A program made the translations under genes and the position numbers. Positions 20,680 through 30,427 of a stretch of 64,000 nucleotides of DNA are shown piece by piece. Where the stretch lies: IMG/VR virus record IMGVR_UViG_3300021091_000012, one strand, 5' to 3'. The notes under the pieces were generated by a model that was not told the origin of the DNA, ran no database searches, and saw only the letters and a program-made list of their open reading frames with translations. The first letter of the stretch is position 1. Each line of letters opens with the position of its first letter. This DNA is from a virus.

Positions 20680-22599
20680 TTAGAATGTTGCTATGCGTCC
20701 TTTAATATCATTGTTAGGATATCTTACTTCAAAAATTGCTGGATCTAAGCTTGGATAAATTATTCCATTTTTAGTAGCAGTTTCAATATCATAATAAACA
20801 TCACTATATCCTGACAGCTCGTTGTTGAGGTTTTTGATTCTAACAGCTGTGACTGTTTGTACTCCTTTTGCTTTCAGTAGTATATTGTAGATGTCGCCAA
20901 TTAAAATTGGTTGATTTATTTGCCACTTATCTATATTAAAAAAATCTTTTATTAAAGTAATGCAGTTAAGAATAACTTCATTTGAATTAAATCCAGAAAT
21001 AGGAATGACGTCAAAATCAATTCCAATATTTACAATATATGCGTCTCGTATGTTAATGCTGTCGGTTAACATTCTATATTGAGATAGATAAGTTTTTAGG
21101 TTTTCCTTTACTGCTCTATTAACTATCGTACACTGCTTGTTTTCATTGTATCCTAGTATGTACATATTAAGTGCAAGCGGATTTGCAACTGTGTTGTTTA
21201 CATCTATCGTATTGATATTATTTTGTTCGTCTGGTGTGATAAATACTTTAGCAACACTACCATAGACGTTTGGCATTGCGTATGCTCTAAGGATATAATC
21301 CTCCTTAGTTACAGCTCTATTCTGTGAGTTAAATTGAGCTAAAGTGTTTTGCCTAACCTCATCCAAAGTTTCTTCATCTCGACCACCTACTGCAGGGGTA
21401 GGATTGTTTACAGCTATAGAGTTTATAATATTTGCGTTAAGATCTGCAGTACTGGTTGGTAGTCCATCAGTACTCACCTCTGTTGCAGTAATTTGCGTAA
21501 TAGTATTGCTTGATACATTAGAGCTAACTCCACCTCCTACGAGATAGGTAACTGTTAGGGTTGTGTTTGATGGTGCAATTCCATAAGCGCCAGTAAAGAT
21601 TGGCGATTGTGGATCAATAGATCCATCAATATCATCCTTTCCTGTTGGCAACTTTAAGCCAATATTTTCCGGAGTTGCTAATAGTTCTTCATCTGGTGAC
21701 GAACTAATACCTGATCCAAATTGTACTTCAATACCATTATCGTTTACTCTTGTAATATATCGACGTGGAGTCTTTTTAAGCTTCAAAAGACAAGGAGTGT
21801 CTTCGCTATATACTGCAGCATCGGGATCATTAAATGCTGTGTTTTCTACTTTTTCAAAGATAGTGTCCTGAGCTAAGTAAGGTACCTCATACCAATCATT
21901 ACCATCTGCATCTATAATACTTTCAATAGCAATTAGATCCGGATCTTGTATTTGAAATTTAAAAAACTTTTTTACTTCGTCAACTACTATTTGTGCGGTT
22001 TTTGGTGTAGCGGATATTGCTTTTACGGTCTTTTTTGCTAAAAAATAATTAGCTGCTCCATTGTTGTCAATAGTATATACGGTATATTCTGTTGGAGAGT
22101 ATATGTTGTTTACTGAAAAGTCGACATCTTCTTGAATTAAGAACTCAACTTGCTGTGGTGTTCCAGTGTATGTTGCAACGGTGGTTGTACTTCGTACTCT
22201 CATTCCTGATGGAATACGTAATAGGTATGCTGGGTTTGGAGCAGTATCTTCAAAACTTCCAGAAGCAGGTACTAGTTGGTATACGTCTATGTCGACTTGC
22301 GATGGTATTTTTAGTTTTGGTTTATATCCCATTGCAGCTGCAATAGCCATTACATTGCGCTTTTCCGTAGCGTGTAATAGTAGTGATTCTTTGAATTGAG
22401 AATCAATATAGTAGTTTAGCACATCACCCACATATGCCGCCATCTCAACAAACATCATACCAGGTGATGCTTCATTGAAATCGCTATAAGTATTTGGATA
22501 GTAGGTCTTTGTAAATTCAATAAGGCCTTTCTTTAGGGAATCAAAATCCCGTCCTAAATACTTAATATCTTTTGATGTTGTTTTTGATATGTTAGCCAT
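20680..22599 (-). CDS. Baseplate wedge subunit (T4 gp6 / baseplate J-like)
   Basis: DFDSLK..LI, SDFNEASPG, AYVGDVLNYY, VQFGSG, GGRDEETLDEVR, QNRAVTKEDY. Confidence 0.9.
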   Translation of the reverse strand: MANISKTTSKDIKYLGRDFDSLKKGLIEFTKTYYPNTYSDFNEASPGMMFVEMAAYVGDVLNYYIDSQFKESLLLHATEKRNVMAIAAAMGYKPKLKIPSQVDIDVYQLVPASGSFEDTAPNPAYLLRIPSGMRVRSTTTVATYTGTPQQVEFLIQEDVDFSVNNIYSPTEYTVYTIDNNGAANYFLAKKTVKAISATPKTAQIVVDEVKKFFKFQIQDPDLIAIESIIDADGNDWYEVPYLAQDTIFEKVENTAFNDPDAAVYSEDTPCLLKLKKTPRRYITRVNDNGIEVQFGSGISSSPDEELLATPENIGLKLPTGKDDIDGSIDPQSPIFTGAYGIAPSNTTLTVTYLVGGGVSSNVSSNTITQITATEVSTDGLPTSTADLNANIINSIAVNNPTPAVGGRDEETLDEVRQNTLAQFNSQNRAVTKEDYILRAYAMPNVYGSVAKVFITPDEQNNINTIDVNNTVANPLALNMYILGYNENKQCTIVNRAVKENLKTYLSQYRMLTDSINIRDAYIVNIGIDFDVIPISGFNSNEVILNCITLIKDFFNIDKWQINQPILIGDIYNILLKAKGVQTVTAVRIKNLNNELSGYSDVYYDIETATKNGIIYPSLDPAIFEVRYPNNDIKGRIATF

Positions 22600-22600
22600 T

Positions 22601-23017
22601 TTAATCTAAGTTTACTTCTAATTGCACTGATCTTGTATCAAATTTATTGCCATCCAAGCTGATTGATAATTTAATGCCTAACTTGTTATAATCGTAATTG
22701 GGTGTTAGTATTAGCTCGTTTATAAATATGTAAGGAAGCCAATACCCAAAAGCTTCTCTTATTCTATCATCTAAAGTTTCTATAGTTTCCTCTGTGAGGT
22801 TGTCAAATAAAGTTTTACGAATGTCACAACCAAAAAGAGGTTGCATTACTCGTTCTCTAGTATTTGTGAGTAATAAGTTTTTGGCATTAGCAATTGCTTG
22901 ATCGAGTGTCAGATAGTTTAATTTGAATCGATTATCAGATCCAAACAAAGGCAATCCAATCCCAATTGCAACATTAGGTTCAAAATCAAGTGGATGTATT
23001 TTTACTTGGTATGCCAT
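22601..23017 (-). CDS. Baseplate protein gp25/gpW-like
   Basis: KNLLLT--RERVMQPLFGCDIRKTLFD ... WLPYI motif; adjacent to the gp6-like gene. Confidence 0.9.
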   Translation of the reverse strand: MAYQVKIHPLDFEPNVAIGIGLPLFGSDNRFKLNYLTLDQAIANAKNLLLTNTRERVMQPLFGCDIRKTLFDNLTEETIETLDDRIREAFGYWLPYIFINELILTPNYDYNKLGIKLSISLDGNKFDTRSVQLEVNLD

Positions 23018-23490
23018 TATAATTTACCTTGATGTTGATCCGCTGCTTTCATTACACCGGAATAGTCTTTTATAAATTGTGACGTTGGGTCACCATAACC
23101 TCCACCCATTTCTGGCAATGGAGAGTCATCGCTCATTAGCGAATTTAAACTCATTCCATCTCCCCCTTGCATTCCTGCAAACATTTGACTTGTCATTAGT
23201 TGGCCACCATTCATATCTGGCCATTCCTCCTCTTCGTGTGGTTGTGCTATCATAGATTCGTACGTTTCGTTAAGTAACCCACCAAGAGGTCCCTCAAACA
23301 TTACTGGAGGTATGGTTCTTTTTTGTAGTGGTTTTTGTTTTACTTGTGTTATTGCTGCTGGTTGTGTTTGCGTCTTTGTTGACTCTCGAATCACTGGCTT
23401 TCTAATATCTTTTAATTCTTCTTTAATAATAGTTCGCACTTCTTCGCGTATAACCTTTCGCATTAAATTAATAAATTCAGATGCTTTCAT
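23017..23490 (-). CDS. Hypothetical virion protein with IREEV-type leader
   Basis: Start re-placed at ATG 23490 (MKASEF...KVIREEVRTIIKEEL), 12 nt after the late motif at 23503-23510. Confidence 0.6.
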   Translation of the reverse strand: MKASEFINLMRKVIREEVRTIIKEELKDIRKPVIRESTKTQTQPAAITQVKQKPLQKRTIPPVMFEGPLGGLLNETYESMIAQPHEEEEWPDMNGGQLMTSQMFAGMQGGDGMSLNSLMSDDSPLPEMGGGYGDPTSQFIKDYSGVMKAADQHQGKL

Positions 23491-23521
23491 AGTGTATTTT
23501 AATATAAATAGTTGGGGAAAA

Positions 23522-26500
23522 TTATTTGTATCCAGTAAACGGAATTGGTGCAATTCCGGTATTTGGTGGTGGGATTACTAGGCCTTGTGTTAATTTTAGT
23601 TGTGCCTCAAATCCTTTAGCCATCTCTCTTACAAAGCCAGAGGCACCATCCTTAGTTAACGCTTTCATTGGAGTAAACTGACCTATATTAAAAACCACAT
23701 GCTGTGTTCCGGTAGGTCCAGCCCATCTTGCTCCAGTCCAAAAAGCTCTTGCTGCAAGACCAAATGTGATGCTTATTATTTTTGCATCCAAATTAATAGC
23801 TTTTTCTTTAATCTTTTCCAGATCAACTTCGTGACGCTCTTTTAATTCTTTTAGTTTTTTGCTAACATACTCCTTAACATCATCAATTACTTTATTTACT
23901 TCCTTTGCAATAAAGTTAACGAGCTTTTTAAAATAAACCTCTAGTTTTTCCAAAAGGAACTTTACAAAAGACTTTTTTGCGTTTAACACTTTGCTCATAT
24001 CTTCTATGAATTCAAACGCACCCTTAGTGGACACTTTTAGTTCTTGATTTTCTACAGCCTCTTTTAGACGCGTACTCGTTAGTGATTTTAAAAGCTCACG
24101 CACTCGGCCGAGATGCTTTGCTTCTAGTTGAATTAAACCATCTATAACCTCTACATTAGTTAAGAGCTGAAATAAGTTTGACGCATTCGTAGTATCTTGC
24201 ACCAAGCTGATGATTTGTTCAGGATCTTTTGGTGGGTCTTTAAAAACTGCTGTTAATGATTCGAGTGCTGGTAATAAGGATGTGTTTTCTATGCTTGCTA
24301 CAAAACGGTTCCAATCTTCTATGTATTCCTTACCGTTTGTAATAGCTTTAAAAAACTCAATCAACCCATACACTGTCATCTCTATAACAGTGATATCAGC
24401 CATTTGTGCTAAAAACTCTTTTTTTTCTTTTTCTAATGTTTCACACTTTGCTGGGTCATTATTTACTCTTAACTTTTTATAATCACAAATACCCTCTGCA
24501 ATGTTCTTTATATGAGTTTCATTTGCTGCTAAACTATATTGGTTTTCTTTAAATATGTTTTTTTGTAGATCAGCTCCCCCTCGAGCTGCTTTACCTATTG
24601 CTTGACTAAGTTTTGAGTAATACTTTATTTTATTCTTATAATCCTGTATCTTTCGCTTTTTAGCTTCAATTTCAATTTGTTTTGTTTCAAAGTCTTTCTT
24701 ATCACTTCCTAGCGGTACTAGTTTTAATAAATACCATTCGATTTCTTTTTGAAACTTTACAGATTTTTCCTCTATAAATTCTTTTGCTTTTTTGTATTGT
24801 TTTCTTAGAAATGATAGCGCCTTATCAATTAACGGTTTAACTTCTGTTGCTAAGTCCATAAAAAGTTTCTTTAAGGAAACTGCCTGCTTTTCTAACCATT
24901 TACCGGCATTTTGAACCATTGATTTTTCCTTACTGTCTGGTTTTTTTGTTTCTTGGGCCTTTTTTCTTCCTTCTCGAATCTCTTGTATAATATCAAATAG
25001 ATTATCAATATCATCTATCAATGATGATATCTGTTCAATATATATTTTGTATTTTTCTAATCGTCTTTCGAATAGTATTTTAAAGGTCTCAAATGTTGTT
25101 TTAGATTGTGCAACAATATTTTGCACTATTTGTGAATATTCACCCAATCCTAAATCGTCCATATATGCAAATACGGCATCGGCACTGGTGGGCTCTTCTA
25201 ATAAGTCAGTTTTTAACTTGTTTCTTAACGCTCTAGTTTGCTCCAAATCTCCAGGTCCACTAATTTTTCTTTCTACGTCTTTTAAATAATCTTGCTTAAT
25301 CTGTAGGTTGGTAAGTAGTGGTGGATTGTTTGGATCTCTAAAATTAGGTTGATATTGTTCTAGCGTTGGTACAAATGGTATTTTTGGTTTTGATGCTAGT
25401 GCTTTTTTTAAATCATCTTTAACATCTTTAAACTTTTCTAGATAGGTTCCATTTTTTATATTTTCGCGAATCAAAATTAATTCGCTCTTAATAATATCAA
25501 ACTCAATCTCTAAAGACTTTTTTAGTGTTTTGACTTTTTCAATAATTAAGTTTAGCTGCTTTAGGGCTTTTTCAATTTGTTTGATTTCTTTTTGAGTTCT
25601 TTCAATCTTTTTAGCATGGGTTTTCTTAAACTCATCTACTCGCTTTTTTGTCTTGGTATACAAATTACTCTTCAAACCGTCCTTGCGCTTACTAAAAAGC
25701 TCTTTTACTTTTTCCTCTGCCTTTTTTTTAATAAAATCAATCTTTGGTTGAATATACTCCTTGATTTCTTTTATTTTTTCATCTTTTTGTATTTCAAGCT
25801 TTTTTAGCTCTGGCTTAATGTATCGCTCAACTGCATCTAGTTTACTAAGAGCGTTATACAATCTGTTGAATTTTGGTGACTTTGAACGTACTCTATTAAG
25901 GTAGGCTAAGTACTGTGCTGGATCAACAGCTATGTTTGCAATCTGCTCAAATGAAGTTAAAAACTCGCTTATTCTAGAATACAGATACACTTTTATATCA
26001 AAAGTTGTGTTTGTTGGATTTTCATCAAAAAAGATACCTCTATTAGCTGATCCTACTGCGTTACCACTAGTCTTTTTAAAGACTTCAATTTTACGCTTAA
26101 TCTTATTAATAAGAGTAAGTGTCGACTTTAGATCTTCAAAGCTTTGAATTTTAAAATCACGCAGCGTGTTAATTAAGTCAATCTCTTCTTTAAAAATTCT
26201 ATTAAAATCTTCTACGTCAATCTGTTCAGCTATTTCGTCTCTCAAATTATCAACCAAATTTAATAAATCCTTAATTCTTTTTTTATCCTCTTCAATAACA
26301 TCCTTAATAGCAGCAATAACTTCTTTAATGTACTCAGGTAACATACCAACCTCTTTGGTTAGTGTCTTAATTTTTTCAATTAATTCTAATACTTCTTGAC
26401 GTTTTACCTTTGCCTTATTAACCAACTGTTCAACCGTATTAATTAAACCACGAACAGCTGCTTTGTCGTTTGTAATTTCTTTTGCCAAAAAATAAGCTTT

Positions 26501-26755
26501 GATGATTTCTTTCATCATTGTTTCGTTTGGATTATTTGAAATCCCACTAACGCCGATTGAGTATGGTGGTGGAGCAGTTGGGTTCAATCCCGGAGCTGGT
26601 AGTGATGGGGGTGTTCCTTGAGGTAGTCCTGCTTTTACTGTATTTGAGTAATATTCAACTATCAACCTAGACCAATCCTCTGCTCCAGTAACTGCTCCTG
26701 CGTCAATATCAGCTAATAGTGGCTGAACAAACATTGTTTCAAAATCGTAAGGCAT
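23522..26755 (-). CDS. Large K/E-rich coiled-coil protein in the tail module, function unknown
   Basis: 1077-aa ORF; about 900 aa of helical K/E/I/L-rich sequence between Pro/Gly-rich termini. Confidence 0.55.
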   Translation of the reverse strand: MPYDFETMFVQPLLADIDAGAVTGAEDWSRLIVEYYSNTVKAGLPQGTPPSLPAPGLNPTAPPPYSIGVSGISNNPNETMMKEIIKAYFLAKEITNDKAAVRGLINTVEQLVNKAKVKRQEVLELIEKIKTLTKEVGMLPEYIKEVIAAIKDVIEEDKKRIKDLLNLVDNLRDEIAEQIDVEDFNRIFKEEIDLINTLRDFKIQSFEDLKSTLTLINKIKRKIEVFKKTSGNAVGSANRGIFFDENPTNTTFDIKVYLYSRISEFLTSFEQIANIAVDPAQYLAYLNRVRSKSPKFNRLYNALSKLDAVERYIKPELKKLEIQKDEKIKEIKEYIQPKIDFIKKKAEEKVKELFSKRKDGLKSNLYTKTKKRVDEFKKTHAKKIERTQKEIKQIEKALKQLNLIIEKVKTLKKSLEIEFDIIKSELILIRENIKNGTYLEKFKDVKDDLKKALASKPKIPFVPTLEQYQPNFRDPNNPPLLTNLQIKQDYLKDVERKISGPGDLEQTRALRNKLKTDLLEEPTSADAVFAYMDDLGLGEYSQIVQNIVAQSKTTFETFKILFERRLEKYKIYIEQISSLIDDIDNLFDIIQEIREGRKKAQETKKPDSKEKSMVQNAGKWLEKQAVSLKKLFMDLATEVKPLIDKALSFLRKQYKKAKEFIEEKSVKFQKEIEWYLLKLVPLGSDKKDFETKQIEIEAKKRKIQDYKNKIKYYSKLSQAIGKAARGGADLQKNIFKENQYSLAANETHIKNIAEGICDYKKLRVNNDPAKCETLEKEKKEFLAQMADITVIEMTVYGLIEFFKAITNGKEYIEDWNRFVASIENTSLLPALESLTAVFKDPPKDPEQIISLVQDTTNASNLFQLLTNVEVIDGLIQLEAKHLGRVRELLKSLTSTRLKEAVENQELKVSTKGAFEFIEDMSKVLNAKKSFVKFLLEKLEVYFKKLVNFIAKEVNKVIDDVKEYVSKKLKELKERHEVDLEKIKEKAINLDAKIISITFGLAARAFWTGARWAGPTGTQHVVFNIGQFTPMKALTKDGASGFVREMAKGFEAQLKLTQGLVIPPPNTGIAPIPFTGYK

Positions 26756-26757
26756 GG

Positions 26758-28431
26758 TTATGGATTTTCTTCCGTATTTGTTTCTTCTGTATCTTCGAAA
26801 AATTCACCAAGACCCACCTGATTTAAAGGCACCGGCTGTTCATTTGATGCGTCATTAGCACCAATATCCACTCCTTCTATTCCATCTGACTCTCCTATTT
26901 CGTCTACGACTACTGGTGGTGTTTGAGTACCTCCATTGCCAGCTGGTGCTGGTGCTGCTTGAATTGTACCTGCAAAGCCTCCTTGCTTTTGCCAGTCCAC
27001 GTTTCCGTAGGGTCCCCAGGTTGAGTGCCCTTTTGGAACTATTGCGTATGGTCCATCTTTTGAACTCACGGGATTTTTACTTGGGTAAGGTTTATTTGGC
27101 GGATAATACTCCCAGTGCCATGCCTCTGAAGATACTGATCTTAAAAATCCAAATCGATGTGCATTAAAAGTTAACCATTGCATTATCTTTCCTCCTTGAT
27201 TAAATGGATTTCCTGGATATGATGGATATCCTCCTGTGTTTAAGTCTAGCGCAATACCGTTACCGTGATTAGACTTTCCTGGAGGTGCTACCTGCGGGCT
27301 GTATGCTGAGGATGGTGCTCCAAGCCAATGTGACTCTCCTTTGCTTGGGGCTCGACTTTTCCTTATAGAATATTGCGAAGTTACTGATAGTTCTTTTCCA
27401 GACTTAGTTTTAATTTTTGAAAATTCACCAAAAGCAGGACGAAATCCTGATCCTAGTTGTATATTAACACCATCGGCCATGGCCGCTTTTTTCATAGCTG
27501 CATAAGCAAACGCTGCGTCTGCTCGAACGGTTTGCGTACCATCACCTGGGATAAAGTATAGCTTTATTTGTTTCTTTGCGTTGTTTTGTATCATTTCCGG
27601 TCCTCCCAGATTTGTCCCTATAACTTCATCTAAGTTGCCTGGATCCGCAAATTCAACGCCTCCTGGTGGATCCAAACTATGCGTAAGCACTTTATCAACC
27701 GTAATCGTTATGATATCTTTTGGTAGGGTTGCTTGTAAAAACGACGATACTATGTTGCTAACATTGTTAGCAGTTTTTACAAGTTCTTTTAGTTTTTCCT
27801 TTCCCACATAATAAAACGCTTTTGGTTCGGGAGAACCATATGGCAAAAATCCATATAGCAAGCTGTTATTATATATCCAGGTCAATAAATCTTTATTCTT
27901 TAAGGTTTCTGGATCTACTACAAATAACTTTCCAGTACGCCTTGGATCTTCATTTAAGTTTCCAGGGAATGGTGTAACATTGAAGGTTTGCGTTGGGCTT
28001 TTTTGCTTGATACTTAACGGTGGTTCGTAGTCTGCTGGAGTTAGTTGTTTAATATAAGTTTCCAACTTCTCATAAGACCCTGATGGAAAGGCAGGGGCAG
28101 GGGTTATTGATCCTGTTACTGCAGATCCTGTTACTGCAGATCCTGATGCAGAACCTGATACTTTTGGTTTTACACCAAGTATATCTTCAATTTTAGCTTT
28201 TGGATCAAGTAAAGCTGCTAGCTCTGGCTTTGCTGATGGTGCCTTATCTTTTGCTATCTTTCGTAGTTGATCTACAATGTCAAATTTTGACAAGTAGCCT
28301 TGTACTGCTTTTAATTCCAGAGCTTTTTCTTTTTTTAAATCTTCTACCATTCTTACCCAAAGAGGATAAGCTTCCGAAAACACTACAGCTCCGGTTGGTA
28401 TTTGTCCAATTTTTCCTTTTAAATCTGCCAT
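26758..28431 (-). CDS. Virion-associated M15B (VanY-like) peptidase
   Basis: AMKKAAMADGVNI-LGSGFR, APPGKSNHGNGIALD (SxHxxGxAxD), WL--NAHRFGF, EAWHWEY. Confidence 0.88.
   Translation of the reverse strand: MADLKGKIGQIPTGAVVFSEAYPLWVRMVEDLKKEKALELKAVQGYLSKFDIVDQLRKIAKDKAPSAKPELAALLDPKAKIEDILGVKPKVSGSASGSAVTGSAVTGSITPAPAFPSGSYEKLETYIKQLTPADYEPPLSIKQKSPTQTFNVTPFPGNLNEDPRRTGKLFVVDPETLKNKDLLTWIYNNSLLYGFLPYGSPEPKAFYYVGKEKLKELVKTANNVSNIVSSFLQATLPKDIITITVDKVLTHSLDPPGGVEFADPGNLDEVIGTNLGGPEMIQNNAKKQIKLYFIPGDGTQTVRADAAFAYAAMKKAAMADGVNIQLGSGFRPAFGEFSKIKTKSGKELSVTSQYSIRKSRAPSKGESHWLGAPSSAYSPQVAPPGKSNHGNGIALDLNTGGYPSYPGNPFNQGGKIMQWLTFNAHRFGFLRSVSSEAWHWEYYPPNKPYPSKNPVSSKDGPYAIVPKGHSTWGPYGNVDWQKQGGFAGTIQAAPAPAGNGGTQTPPVVVDEIGESDGIEGVDIGANDASNEQPVPLNQVGLGEFFEDTEETNTEENP
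28108..28159 (-). repeat. Short in-frame tandem repeat (GSAVT/GSAS linker)
   Basis: gatcctgttactgca occurs twice plus degenerate units; encodes SGSASGSAVTGSAVTGS. Confidence 0.7.
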
Positions 28432-28435
28432 AACA

Positions 28436-29395
28436 TTAGAATGTAAATAGGTTATCTAAACTTTCAAAAAATCCTGGTACCTCAGCTAGTGGTGATGTAA
28501 TCGGACCAGTAGCTGGTTGATTGTTTGATGTGTTTGTGTTTGTTGTTCCACCAATGGCTGTAATAGTACCTACCAATTTAGTTGGATATGGTGTTAATTT
28601 TTCTGGTGCTTTTGGTGGTGGGTCTGGTTCATTGTGACTATATCCATCAACATAAGCAAAGGTACTTAACATTTCTGGAATGCGAGCTTGTAAGCTGGCC
28701 AACTCAAATTGCGTATCCTCTCTAAAATAAGCTTGACCAATTGGTGATATGATGTTTGCATTTTTTACTATCAACAAAAAGTCTTCTAATATATTTGCTA
28801 ACTTGATACCCAACACAAGAGGTTCATAAGGAAAGTCCTTTGTTGCGTCTCCCTTTGATTTAGGTGCAGGTCTTTCTTTTGGAATGTTAAGTGGATCTTT
28901 GTTTGGAACACCTAAAAACAATCCCTTATCTCCAAAAAGAGTCACAGAGTTTTCTGAATCAACGTTTACTGGACCTGGCGAAGCAATTGCTACTCCTGCT
29001 TTACCGAGCATCATCAAATAATCGTTTGAGGCATTCATTATAAGCCTATTACTATTGATGATTACTTGACCGCTTCCTTTCTTATAGTCGTTAACTTTTC
29101 TTCCATTACCATCTTTTATACTCAAAAGAGGGTTTACACCATCTTTTCTAAGGTTAGAAGTGACACCCGATTGATACTGAAAATCTTCCATTGGGAAGTC
29201 TATCGTAGGTAGCTGCTGAACTTCTATCTCAATAGTCTTACCTACAAGACTTTGTATATCAAAACCACCACCTTCTCCAGAGAGACCTTCACCTCCAAAA
29301 CCACTACCGGCACCAGAAGCTCCTTTAAGTGCAGCTTCAATACCACCCTCTTTCTTAACCCTTTCTAGTATCTCGGCATACGTAATTGATGGCAT
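28436..29395 (-). CDS. Baseplate spike (gp5-like), C-terminal portion
   Basis: GQVIINSNRLIMNA-ND, short beta-strand repeats (VAIAS, VNVDS, VTLFG, LFLG) and EPLVLG, typical of spike C-termini. Confidence 0.55.
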   Translation of the reverse strand: MPSITYAEILERVKKEGGIEAALKGASGAGSGFGGEGLSGEGGGFDIQSLVGKTIEIEVQQLPTIDFPMEDFQYQSGVTSNLRKDGVNPLLSIKDGNGRKVNDYKKGSGQVIINSNRLIMNASNDYLMMLGKAGVAIASPGPVNVDSENSVTLFGDKGLFLGVPNKDPLNIPKERPAPKSKGDATKDFPYEPLVLGIKLANILEDFLLIVKNANIISPIGQAYFREDTQFELASLQARIPEMLSTFAYVDGYSHNEPDPPPKAPEKLTPYPTKLVGTITAIGGTTNTNTSNNQPATGPITSPLAEVPGFFESLDNLFTF

Positions 29396-29396
29396 C

Positions 29397-30410
29397 TTAT
29401 CCTCCTGTTGGGTAGTTTATAGTTAGTGATTCATAAATCTTAGCTTTTGCATTTAAGAAGTTCATTTCTTGTTGATCAAACTTGAACATGCTTAAACCAT
29501 TTTTATTAAAAACCTCATTTATAATGATAGCCATTTTTAGGTCTGACGTTGGCCAGTTGATAAGGCGATTAAACCAACCTTTTCTAAATACATTATTTTT
29601 TCCTGATGCACTAATTCGATCGTAAAAGCCAACCTGAGATGCAAAACATGCTGCGGCAAATTCTGGTGCTTTTGCTGGATCTAGAGTATTGCAACACCAT
29701 TTAGCCCAACCATTAGCTCCCATCCCTGAGCGCCCAAACCTTCTAGCAACTCCATCAAACGAGGCTTTTCCAGCTCCAAACACAGAACCTGGACCACCAC
29801 CCCAACACATTTCAAACTGAATATAACCTAGCCATGCATCTGCTGACATCACCACAATAGGATATCCCGAAGAAGGACTACACAAGCCTCCCCAGATAAA
29901 TAAAGAAGCTACTTTGTGGCTAGAGTTGAAGTGATATAAAGCAGCCTTAACGTGCTCGTTTCTTCCACCTCCACCCACTACTCCTGGATAGTCTTTTGCT
30001 AGTTGTTCAGCTAAATTAGCTGTAGCTGTTAGGCCAGCCAACCGCGGCCACTCGATAAAAAGCTGTTTATAGTATCCTTGGAAGGTAATTGAAATTACAC
30101 CACGCATTGTTGGACCTCCGGAGTCGTTAGGGTGATCACCCCAAGCTCCCTCAAACTTCTGAACTTGTGGGATTAAAAATCTCTCACACACATCAGCCAA
30201 AGTGCCCGTTCGAATGTTTGGTGTTACTCCAGCACCCGTTATTGCACGGTTAATGCCTGTTGTAACTATTTTTTGGTAATCAGCATCTAACTTCTCTCGA
30301 ACTTCAATACACCTTTTTTCAAATGCTGGAGCACACGTTGGTGGGCAATATATTGGATTGCTTCTACGTTTATCTTCTGCTGCTTTTTCTGCTGGTGATA
30401 ATCCTGGCAT
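29397..30410 (-). CDS. Glycoside hydrolase family 108 lysozyme with C-terminal PG-binding segment
   Basis: EGAWGDHPNDSGGPTMRGV (GH108 EGGY-DHP-D-GG-T--GI pattern) and VFRKGWFNRL (PG_binding_3-like). Confidence 0.85.
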   Translation of the reverse strand: MPGLSPAEKAAEDKRRSNPIYCPPTCAPAFEKRCIEVREKLDADYQKIVTTGINRAITGAGVTPNIRTGTLADVCERFLIPQVQKFEGAWGDHPNDSGGPTMRGVISITFQGYYKQLFIEWPRLAGLTATANLAEQLAKDYPGVVGGGGRNEHVKAALYHFNSSHKVASLFIWGGLCSPSSGYPIVVMSADAWLGYIQFEMCWGGGPGSVFGAGKASFDGVARRFGRSGMGANGWAKWCCNTLDPAKAPEFAAACFASQVGFYDRISASGKNNVFRKGWFNRLINWPTSDLKMAIIINEVFNKNGLSMFKFDQQEMNFLNAKAKIYESLTINYPTGG

Positions 30411-30427
30411 ATATATTATATCTTATG

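Noticed and set aside
23522-26755. SMC/Rad50 ATPase or tape measure protein
   Set aside because: No Walker motifs, and the K/E-rich composition and position are not typical of a tape measure; left unassigned.
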